A stretch of 64,000 bases of DNA from NCBI RefSeq assembly GCF_963921235.1, contig NC_086108.1, forward strand, positions 69,814,001 through 69,878,000, in the 5' to 3' direction. Under the pieces are notes generated by a model. The model saw only the letters and a list, made by a program, of their open reading frames with translations, made no database searches and had not been told where the DNA came from. Position 1 is the stretch's first letter. The number at the start of each line of letters is the position of its first letter. Below, piece by piece: positions 27,301 through 39,300 of the stretch. Both the position numbers and the translations under genes were made by a program. The stretch is from Mobula hypostoma. Its lineage: Eukaryota.

Positions 27301-30300
27301 CCTGACAATCAACACAGGAGCACCTCAAGGATGTGTGTTTAGGCCACTACTCTGCTTTCCTTACACTCATGACTGCGGCTGCCGAGGGCTGTAGACTCAG
27401 CTAGTTCCATCACAGGCACAACCCACCCTGTCATTGAGGACATCTTCAAGAGGTAATGCCTCAAGAAGCTGTCAAGGACTTTCACTGTCTGCGCCATGCC
27501 CTCTCTATGTTGCCAGCATTGGGGAGGATGTACAGGAGTCTGAAGACTTGCACTCAATATTTAAAGAGCAGCTTCTCCCCTGTCATCAGATTTCTGAAAG
27601 GTCCAGGCGCAGTGCTTAGTTATTTGTCTTTTGCACTGTCTTTATTTTGTAACTTACTATTATTACAATATGTCTTGTACTGTACTGCTACAAACTAAAT
27701 GTCATGATGTACTGTATGTCAGTGAGGATAAACCTTATTCTGATGGGGAGTCAGACAGTGATATTTCTCCAAAGTTAACAAGGAAGGAACATATCTGGTC
27801 CACAAGATAAAATTCTAAATTGGTCAAGGCAAATTTTGACCAGATTAGACCTGAAATTGCAGAAGTTGCTTTGCATTGGTTGTTTGCAGATAAAGGGTCA
27901 TCTGACAAATGGGGATCTTTTAAAATAAGATATTGGGAGCTTAAGGTCTCATGTTCCTGTTACAGTGAAGGGCAGGGGTTGGCAGGAATAAGAAGCCCTG
28001 AATGGCACTGGATATTGAGGCTCTTTGTTCAAGAATAAAAAGACGTGTGCCAGATATTGGTAGCTGAAATCATGTGAATCCCAGGAGAAGTGTAGGTTTG
28101 CAGGAATCTACTTAAAAGGAAATCAGAAGAGGGCATGAGATAGATTTGTCAAAGAGGTGAATCTAAAGAGATTTCCTAAGTATATACTAGGACTTGAATA
28201 AGTGGACTCAATGAGAAGACGGGGATATGTGCAGCAGCCGGAGCATAAGCCTATCAATCAGGATATCCATGTTTACACTAAAAAGGGCAGGTAGGACCAC
28301 TGCTTTAAATTGCCAGTATTTCAGTGAACATAGTGTAATAGGTATGGCAGACAAACTGAAGGCATGGATTGCTTTTCAGGACTGGGATATTATGACCATA
28401 ACAGAAACATAGATGAGATAACGTCAGGACTGCCAGGTTAATGTTGTGTGACACTGATGTTTTAGGAGTGACAGAGGAACAGATAAGAGTGGATAGAGTG
28501 CTCCCGTTTTTAATAAGGAAGAATGTTACAGCAGTGCATAGGATGTTCTTGAGGGATCATTGAACAAATTAGAAATAAGACAGTGATAGTCACTATATTA
28601 AACCCCCCCCCCCCAATAGTCAGCAGGAACTTGACGAGCAAGTATGTTAAGAAATTGAATGTAGTTGTGAAGAATAGTATGGTAGTGCTAGTGGGAGGTT
28701 TCAGTTTTACTGATATCATTTGGGGCATCCAGAGTTCAAAGGCCCTGGATGGGTTAGAATTTGTGAGATGCATCCAATCTTCATGCAATGTATAGAGGAA
28801 CCTACTCAGGAAAAAACAATTCTGGACCTATTCTTAGGGAATAAGGCTGGCCAGGTAACTAAAGTATCAGTTGAGTCCAGTGATCTCAAATCTATTAGTT
28901 TTAAAATAGTTATGGAACAAGACAGAACATGTCCACAAAGTAAAGTCTTGCCCAGTTTTGAGGACAATAAGCAGGATCCATCTGTGGTTGACTAGGTGAC
29001 TGTATCTAAAAGCAGAGAAACTATTGGCATGTGTGAGGTTTTTTTTAAAGGATCATATCGGGAATCCAGGTGTAGCATGTTCCTGTTAGTATGAAAGATA
29101 AGCATACCAAGTTCAAGGATCCCTGGCTAACAAGAGATATTAAGCTTGTGGTAAGGAAAAAGGTACATCATGTTTAGGCAACACACATCTGATTTCCAGC
29201 ATCTGTAGAAGTTCCTCTTGATCATGTTTAGGCAGTTGGGTGCGAATGGAGGAGGTCACTGATCAGAGCTGGCCATGGATCTTGAGTCCTAGCTGTCTAG
29301 ATACACAAGCCTGGGCAGTACGATATGGAGAGCAAGCTGTTGCCCGTGGAGCAAGCTCCCACTCTCCACAGATCTGATGAACCCAAAGGAACGGAAGAGA
29401 CTGATACTGTCTGGTAGCAGCAGCGTCGCAGGAGTTGCCAGTCAGCATTGAACTCAATGTAGGACAGCCTTAGGGACTCCAATTCCAAATTTTCCCCTTG
29501 GGGTTTACTCCTGAAGCCTTCCCCATGAGTGGGTATAACCTCAAGGTGGCAGAGGTTTGAGATCAGAGTTTTCCTTCTCGTAGATGAACTATCAACCACG
29601 GCTTAAGAGCCCCATCTGCCCAAAGCAACTGGTTTTAAGGTGCCAGTAACCCAGCTTTGCCCCTTTTCCTGTCAGTAGAAGTGGTTTCACTACGCTTAGT
29701 AGCTAAGCCACATGTGAAGGCCCAGAGCTGGACTTGATTGTCAGAGGCTATTTGAGGTGCATGCCATTGGGAGCATTGAGTAGAGAGTGGGAGCTTGTCC
29801 CCATTACCTCCCCTGGGTATAACAACCTTAAGAAACTTCGGCTGTGAATGAATCCCTCAAAACATAAGCAGATTTAATGAGGAGATCAGGAAGGCAAAAG
29901 AAAAATATGAAATGGATCTGGTAGACCAAGACATTTTTCAGTTATATCAGCAGTAAGAGGGTGAATAGTGAGAGATTAGATTCTCTCAAAAGACCATCAG
30001 GGCTGCCTATGTGTGGAGCCACAGGAATGACTGATATTTTTAATGTCTATTTCTCTCAGTTCGTACCAAGGAAAAGATCATAGATGTAAAGAAATGAAGA
30101 CAAACAATGAGATTTTGGATCATATGCATATTACGAAGCTAAAGGAATTTGCAGCCTCATAGTGTATTAATTTGGGGTAGTCCCCAGGGCCTGACCGAGT
30201 ACACCCTTGGATTTTATAGAAGGCCAGGGAAGAAATCACAGAGGCCTTTGTAAAAATGCTTGTTCTTCGTTTGTCATTAGCAAAGCTACAGAAGACTGGA

Positions 30301-33300
30301 AGGTGGTTAATGTTCTATTGTTCAAGAAGGTTAACAAGGACAGTCAAGGGAACTACAGGTTGGTGAGCCTGACTTCAGTTGTAGGGAAGTTACTGGGAAT
30401 TTTGAGGATCGAGATCTTCAATCACTTAGATTGTCCAAGCCTGATCAGGAATTGTCAACAGGAATGTTTGAGGAGATTTAGGAGGATGTTGTCAGGACTC
30501 AAGGGACTGAATAATGGAGAGAAGTTAAGCAGATTGGAATTCTTTTCATCGGAGCATAGGAGAATGAATGCTGATCTTAGTTTATCAACCTAGGACGGAC
30601 ATAGGGTGAATATACAGTCTTTTTCCCAGGATTAGTGAATCAAAAACTGAAGGGAGTAGGTGTAAAGTGAGAGGAAAAAGATTTAATAAGAATACGAGGT
30701 TAAAATTTTCACCCAGAACTTGGTCACTGTATTGGAATGAGCTGCCAGAGGAAGTGGTTGAGACAGTTCTGTTAACAACATTTACAAGGTACTCAGACAA
30801 TGAATGGATTGGAAAAGTTTAGATACAAGTCAAATGGAGGCAAATAGGACTCGCTTAGATGGGAGTCTTGGTTAGCATGGAGGGCTGAAGGGCATGTTTC
30901 TGTGCTGTATAACACCGTAATGGTGTTGCACCAAAAGTAACTTGTCACTGCACATATTTGTATACCTGCCCTCACTTGATGTTGTTATGTCACTCAGCAA
31001 TAAGAGGGCGTATTATTAACTTTTTCCATTCTCTTTATTGTAAATTTTCAAACATTATGATATAGCAGTCCTTGCAATATTGTATTGTGTTGTGGAGTTA
31101 AAGATAGCCCAGCAGGCTAAATGATACAAGAGGGTGGTGTTTATTGTCTTTCGTAAAATTTTCTGATTGAACAAACAGTAATTAGTGAAATATAAAATAA
31201 ACAGAAAAATCACTTTTATGGAAGGCAATTTGTTCTGGTCTCCATATGAATGACTTCCCATCATTCATGCTGTCATACTGCAAATGGTATTAAGAGTGCA
31301 GTTTGCACACTCAAATTGAATATAGTGCAAGAATATTTGATTTTCTTGTCTTTCTTCGGTGAAGTATCTCATTTGCAAGTCCTCCCACTGTTTTTAATAG
31401 AATAGGAAAGATTAATGTGAATGTTATCCATCTGATTAAACTGTGATAAAAAGTGTTTTTTTGAAGAATAGATCCTGTTTGTTTGTAACATTGAAATGTT
31501 GTATTACTTTTTAAATACTTGAGGATGAATCTCAGGGTTGTGTACTGTATATATCGATAATAAACGTACTTTGAATCTTTGAAAATATATGAAAAACAGG
31601 ATGTATTGTAAACATTTAATACAGTGTATACAGTTGGAGACTGAGCTAGTTACAAAAGAACACACTGTACTTTTGATTTCAATCCAGAATACTGTACAGT
31701 GTTAAAGAGGCTCTGTAATTCATATTTTTGAAGATGCTTTTTTTTTTGACAGAACCTGCTCAGTTAAGCAAAGCTGAACAGCGTCCATCAACTTTGGCTG
31801 TGGGATCTGCCATTAATGCAATGGGTAATCACCAGACGCCAACTCCTAATAGTACAGGTTGGATATATTTTGTTTTCTATGTTTTGTTCAGAAGACTGTG
31901 TACTGTTGCTCAGTTATACAAGATTAAGTCTTATGTGCTCCATTAATGTTTGACCTTTCTAGTTGACCAGGATTATTGATGTGTAATTTGAATACACCCA
32001 CTGTAGTTTTATTGTATGTGTTTTGAAACTCCCCTTACGAGAATTGGGGAATAAAGGGTCAGCAGTCAACCATGAGGGAGAATATTTAATTTTGAGTTGA
32101 CACATTTCCAGTTAATTTTATTATCCCTACAAAGCCATGCCTTCTCTTGCCCTGTTGCGGCTAGGAGTGTTAAAGGAGTGAAAGTTATTCAGCCTTTGTA
32201 GCACTCCATAAAGAGAGCCTAAAGGTTGTATTGACAGTAGTTTTGAGAACAGCTTCTTAATTTCAGACGTGAATGTATAGTATGAGTTAGTTAATTGAAT
32301 CATATCCTTAGATTTTTGACCTTATGAGAAACTGATTTAATGTCCATATTGATGCATTGCTGTTATGGTGCACTTAACATACTTATTCTGCAAATGGTTA
32401 CTTTATAAATCAAGAAGAACTCCTTGGTCATTTGTAGAGTAAATCCAGTGACTGGAATAGATACTCACATTTGCAATGTTTGCATTTAATCAGCTGGCTT
32501 TGAGTATTTCAGTCACATTGTACCTCCCTCAATGGCTTACTAAACATGGAAATGAAAAGAAGGCTGCTTTTCACTTGGTGGTTGGCAGCTCATTATGCAG
32601 TAAGCACGAATTAACTTTTTTTTTCTGGAAGAGAAATACAGTGCAGCTGAAGTTTTGGACCAAGACCCTTCATCAGGATAGGCCGAAATATCGACTGTAC
32701 TCTTTCCCACAGATGCTGCCTGGGCTACTGAGTTCCTCCAGCATTTTGTGTGTGCATTGCTTGGATTTCCAGCATCTACAGATTTTCTCTTGTTTATGAA
32801 TGAAAAGTGAGTGCCAGTTTTGCTAAGTGCATTGGGTGAGAAGGCATACAGTTCGCTTACAAGTTTAACTGCTGCAACCAAACCAGCCAATGCTGATATC
32901 GTGAAAGTAATGCAGCAAAACTTAAAACTGAAACCATTGTTGATTGCAGAGTGCTTTAAGTTTCATAAGTGGAACCAAAAGGAAGGGGAGTGCATTTTAG
33001 CTTACATGAGTGAATTGAAGAGATTGGCCAAGCATTGTTATTTCAGTGATGGGATTAATGATGTGCTGAGAGATTGTTTAGTTTGTGGAGTCTTACAAGA
33101 AAGCATTCAAAGGCGGCTCCAAACTGCAGCACAAATCACATTTAAAAGTGCAGTGGAAATTGCTGTATCAATGGAAACAGCAACCAGAGACGCAAGTGAG
33201 TTGCAGTCAGGAATTAAAGTGAGCTTGAACAAAATCACAATGCCTAAACAGAAATCTACCTGGTTGAACAAATTGTGTTATTGTTGTGGCAGGGACTCCA

Positions 33301-36300
33301 ATACACTAGACCAATGCAGATTTAAAGGTAAAACTTGTCGAAAATGCCACAAAATTGGACACATCCAAAGAGAGACAAAAAAACAGGGCTACACAGGGAA
33401 AAGAAAAAGTCTAGTTGCAGTTTTAAAGAAACGCTAATCTGCATGCTGTTGATGATAAATCTGATAATAATGAGAGTGACACAGGACTGCATAGCCTTGA
33501 GAGTTACAGTGTGAAAATTAACAAGAAAGGAGCAATATGGTTTACACCAGAAGTGAACAGCAAATTAATTAAAATGGAATTGGGCACTGGCTCGGCTCTT
33601 TCAGTCTTTCCACAAAATGAGTTTGAACAACATTTCAAAGATACTAAACTGAAGCCTGCAGAGATTCAACTAAGAATTTGTACTGGAGAAATAACTCCTG
33701 TGGGAATGACATTCATAACCGTGAAATACAACCGACAAGCTACATTCAGCTTGTACGTGGTTAAAAACAGGAGGGTCAGGAGTGTGGGGTCATGAGTGGC
33801 TGAGACGACTATAACTTGATTGGAGATATATCCACCATTTGCATGCCACATCCCCTGCAACAGAGTCAACTGAACGTGAATTAAAGAAGGTACTGGACTA
33901 TGCTACAGCAGTGATTAAGGATGGCATTGGAAAACTCAAACATAACAAAGGTAAAATAGTATTAAATAAAATGCCATACCGAAGTTTTACAAAGCCCATC
34001 CTGTTCCTTACACCATCCAAGATAAAGTAGCCAGTGAGCTAGATCACAAGGAGGCTGAAGGAATTCTTTCCAAGGTTGAATGGAGCCCATGAGGGATGTC
34101 AGAAGTCCCAGTAACTGGGAAGGGTGGGTCTGTTCAGGCTCTGTGGTGATTTTAAGATCACTATCAACCCAGTACTGAAAGTAGATCAATACCCTCTGCC
34201 CAGGATAGAAGATATCTTTGCAAACGTTTCTGGAGGGAAGCACTTCAACAGAGTGAATTTAGTTGAGGGCTACAGGTGGAGGTGGAAGAAGAGTCCAAAT
34301 TGTTTCTTATCATAAATACTCAGGTAGGGTTTAGTTGCTATAGTAGGCTTATCGTCAAGTAGCATCTGTACCCGCACTCTGGCAAAAAGCTATGAACCAG
34401 ATGCTGCAAGGCTGCCCAGGCACTCAGTCTTATCTGGGTGACAAGGAACATCTCCAAAATCTCTAGACAGTGTTAAAAAGATTAGAAGATTGTGGGCTCA
34501 GCATGATGCAACAAGTGAGAATTCTTTAAACCAACCATCACTTCCTTTGGTTATACCATTGACGCACAAACAATTACACAAGTGTGCTGAGAAAAGTCAG
34601 GCAGTGGTAGATGCCACAAGGCAAAAGGATGTGTCACAGTTGTGGTCTTTTTCAGGATTTGCTAATTACTATAACAGATTCCTGCCAAACCTAGCTACTG
34701 TGCTACACCCATTGAACTCATTACTGCAGATCAGGAAGAAGTGGCAATGAACAAAATGGTGTGAGCTAAAGGAAATGGTGCCATCAGACACTGCTCACAC
34801 TTTATAATCCACATTGTCCAGTGATGCTTCCCTGTGACGCCTCGCCTTATGATATAGGGGCAGTCATGTCACATGTTATGAGTGATGTAACTGAATGTCC
34901 TTGCATCATGTTCCCTTAAGACTGCAGAGAAACATTATGCATAGATTGACCGAGGCCTTGAGTCTGGTTTGGGGTATAAAACATTTCAACCAGTACCTGT
35001 ATGGGGGAGAGTTTACCCTCATTACTGATCATCAACCACTGGCGTCCATTTTCACTCCACAGAAGAGTGTTCCAGTAACAGCAGCAGCAGGAATGCAGAG
35101 ATGGGCTCTGTTTCTTGGAGGACACAATTACAAGATCGAATTCAAGAGGGCAACTGATCATGAAAATGCTGGTTTACCCATTTACCCTTGGGAAAGGAAG
35201 TACCTGAAAAAGTTTGCAAAAGATGATTCCCCCCCCGCCCTCCGGCTTTTGATGTATTCCTCCTAATGCTAATTGATAGTCTCCCTATTACGGTAGAGAG
35301 GATCCAAAGGGAAATCAGAAAAGAACCCGCACTGTCTCAGGTCTACATGGCCACTCAAAATGGTTGGAATGTGCAGCAGAAATTCCAGTTCCCCCATTTT
35401 TACTGGCACCGGGGTGAACCCCCTTGACGGGTTTGCCTTATGGTGTGGATTAAAGGTTGTACCCTGAAGCTGAAAGCTAAAATTTTGGAGGAGCTACATT
35501 CCGGTAATCTATATATGGTCAGAATGAAAGCAGTGTCTGGAAGCTTTGTCTGGTAGCTTGGGATTGATCAGCAGATCGAGCAGCTTGCTGTGCACTGTTC
35601 TGGATGCCAACACATCCAGAAGATGCCAAGAGCGGCACCTCTCCATCCCTGAGAATAGCCTGCATTGCCCTGGCAAAGGATTCATGTGGATTTTGCCAGA
35701 CCCTTCATGGGCACAAATTTCTTGGTCGTAGTGGATGCAGTTACAGTACAAAGTGGCTAGAAGTGTTCCCAGTAGCCTTCACTACAGCTTTGCACACTGT
35801 TGATGTGTTGAGAAGCCTCTTCTCAAGGACTGGTGTTCCAAAGGACCACAGTTTGTCATGGAACAGTTTCAGTCATTCCTGAAAATGAATGGAATAAGTC
35901 ATATTACATCGACATCATATGACCCAGCTACAAATGACATGACGGAAGGGTTTGTCCAGAGTCTAAAGAGCGCACTGCAAGCAAAGTCAGCAGAGCACAG
36001 TGAATCAGAAGCTCACCATTTTCACGTTTACATGTCACGATGCAGTACACTGCACAACCAACAACTCACCAGTTATGTTGTTCCCAGGTTGTCCATTGCA
36101 CTCATGCTTGGATCTGCTGAAACCCAATATCATAAGGAATATTCAGGACAAACCGCTGAGGCAAATTGTGGGCTCCTCAAACCAGGAGGTTTAATGTTTT
36201 ACTCCTGGAGTTAAGAAATCCTGGTGAGGTACAACAGAGATGATCAAAAGTGGGTACTTGCAAGGATTAAGGAACTAGACCACTCTTCTATATAGTGAAG

Positions 36301-39300
36301 GTGGTGTCTGATGTCATCTGGAGATAATACATTGATCGGTTGAGGTTGCCCATATTTTTGATTAGTTTTATGTTTTCGAATTACAAAACATAACTCGGCA
36401 GCATTTTTTTGCTGCTGTATTTGTTATTCCTCCAAACTGTACTTGATTGAAAAGAATTGGGTATATAAGGGAACTGCTTTCCATTTTGAAGGAGGACACA
36501 TCTTTGCAAATTTAACTTAACATTCAGGCAAAATAGTTACCTCTAACTAAAGCTGGTAACTGTTGCAAAAATAAGGGGAAGTAAGGTGCATGTTGCAAAG
36601 TAGATAAGTACACTCTTTTAACAAAACATCCTAATGGAAAAATAATAAAACATCATGAAGTCTATTTGATTGCATCTCTGATATTGGTGTGGTGGTGAAG
36701 AGAATCTCCCAGTAAAATGTTAACATCGGCAGTATGATTGTGTGTTTCTGTTGTTCAGGAAGTGGACAGTCAGCACCAACCAGCAGCATCACTTCGCCCA
36801 GCCATGTAAATCTGTCTCCTAATACAGTGCCAGATTTTTCATATTCCAGTAGTGAGGATGAATTCTATGATGCAGATGAATTCTACCAGAGCAACTCTTC
36901 TCCGAAGCGTTGCTTAGAGTGAGTACCTTAAAAAAAATTTACTTGGAATATTTTCTTAACTATTAAAAAGAGCAAATGATAAATAGTTATTTTTCAAAAC
37001 AATTTCAAAATACATTAAAATAATATATTTTTAGACATACTTGGTATTGAGTTTTCCATGAAAAATTTTGTGTGCGTCAACTTTCTTTTTACTAACTGAG
37101 TGAAGGAAAGTGTACTATTCTGAGACTGGTTTAAGGTTGTGATGTGGGAAAGAAAAAAAATCATTGTGCAATTTTTGTCACTCTTCCCTATTGGCACAGT
37201 TTTGATTCTGCTTTTTTGAGAAAGAAAAACTAATATTGAATGCAGTCTAGCAGAAACTCGCTTGACTAATTCCTAGGGCAAAATGATTACCCTGTCACTA
37301 AGTGTTTTAAAAATGTGAGTTTGAAAGCATGAGGGCGATCTTCGTGAAAGCAGATGTGACACGGTAAATGTTTCCACAAGTGGGAAGTCTAATGAAGGTA
37401 CATGTTTACAAAGATGCATTTGAAATTTGAGGTGCATAGATTTTTCTTTCTTGCAGAGGGTAGTGAATCCTTGGAATTCTAGACCCTTGAAGGTTCTGAA
37501 AGCTAAATCATTGGTGTTTCTTAAAGAGGAGGTAGATAATTTTTTTTTAAAGTTCGGGGAATTGAGGGTAATGGGAAGCTGACACAGAAGAGGAGTTGCA
37601 GCCCAGGGAAGATCACCTATGATCCAATGGTGAGCAAACTTGAACAGCCAGGTGGCCTGCTTCTGCTATTTTCTTGCGTTCTTGATTTGACATTAAATAA
37701 AGGCTTTATATTTAATTTAACTTAAAACACCTTATTACAATAATTCTACACTGAAGTAATTCTCCCCAGTTCACTCGGCACCATATACAGGAACCAACTA
37801 CATTACCAAACCACACATTTTTGGCTTATGGGAGGAAACTGGATCTCCTGTGAAAACCCATGCAGTCAAAATACCTTATGGTGTAAAAGGTTATCATGCA
37901 AATTTCACACAGACAGCATTGGTGGTCAGAGATGAATCTGGGTCACCTGAAGTTGTGAGATACCACTAAGGGGCAACAAGTCAGCTTGAACGGAGTTGTA
38001 CCTAATAAAGTGGCCACAGGAGTGGGACCCAGTTGTGGTCTTCTGCTATAGGATTGATATGTTGTGCATTCAGATATGTTGTTCTGTTGTTGTAACATGG
38101 CTATTTGTAACAGGCAACAGTTACTATTTCCTTCCTGTCAACTTGAACCAGTCTGGCCATTCTCCTCTGACCTCTCCCATTAACAAGGTGCCTTCACCCA
38201 CAGGACTGCCACTCACTGGGTGTTTTTCTACTTATCGCACCATTCTCTATAAACTCGGGAGACTGCTGTGCATGAAAATCCCAAGAGAATCAGCAGTTTC
38301 TGAGACACTCAATCCACCCTGTCTTGCACCAACAATTATTCCACAGTCAAAGTCACTTGGATTACATTTCTTCCCCATTCTGATGTTTGGTCAGAACAGC
38401 AGCTGAACCTCTTGACCATGTTTGCGTGCTTTTATGCATTGAGTTGCTGTCACGTAATTGGCTGATTAGATATTTGCATGAACGAGCAGATGTGCTAATA
38501 AAGTGGCCACTCAGTGAGTGAGTGAGTGTGTGTGTGTGTGTGTGTATATATATATCTATGGAAAATGCTATTTGGATTCCTATTTTATGTATGCATATTA
38601 GAAGAAGGAATTCTTACGAAAGAATATTTTATTGCTGTGAGAAGGTCATTAAGATATGTTACCAAACACTGCAACTTCATTGTTTGTAACTGATGTTCTG
38701 GGAAAGCATTTTCTTAGATCTATAATCCATTGAAGAAAATCACACAAATCTTTGGTTATGCAGGCAATTTTTATATTAGTGCAGTGTTATTATAGAGGAG
38801 GAAACAATAACGAGAAGTACAAATATTAAAAATTGAATGTGTAGACCGTTTATGTGTAACGAATTGGAAATTTTAAACATTTTTGTTGATGTATGTACAA
38901 AATTGGTGGTGTTCTGGATAAGCATAATACAGCACAAGCCCTTTGACCCACAATATTGTGCTGACCCTTTAACCTACTCTAAGATCAATCTAACCCTTCC
39001 CTCCCACATAACCTACCATTTGTCTTCATTCCATGTGTCTGTCTAAGAGCCTCTTAAATGTCGTTAATGTATCTGCCACTACCACCAGTCCTGGGATCAC
39101 ATTCAATGCACCTACTCTCTGTGTAAAGAAACATACTTCTGACATTGCCCCTATACTTTCCTCCAAATACATTATAAAGTTATAAGAAAAGTGTAAAAGG
39201 TTGTCGTAGGTTAAAATGAGACATTTTTAGGAAGTAGAGCTGGGCTCAGAAGTGGTAGACAGAGTTCAATCCAGTGAATTGTGAAATAATACACTTTAGA

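Larger units (their letters stand above)
27790..30915 (+). mobile_element. Old fragmented CR1 LINE(s) with nested insertions
   Basis: EN/RT remnants ([33 protein letters not shown]) and a CR1 3' tail at ~30880-30910. Confidence 0.65.

Noticed and set aside
29374..29410. CTGATGA hammerhead core on the + strand
   Set aside because: No stem II followed by GAAA at a suitable distance; probably a chance match.
32811..33437. 208-aa gag ORF as a domesticated capsid gene
   Set aside because: Truncated at the 5' end, zinc knuckle degenerate, and contiguous with an equally decayed pol; no sign of selection visible.
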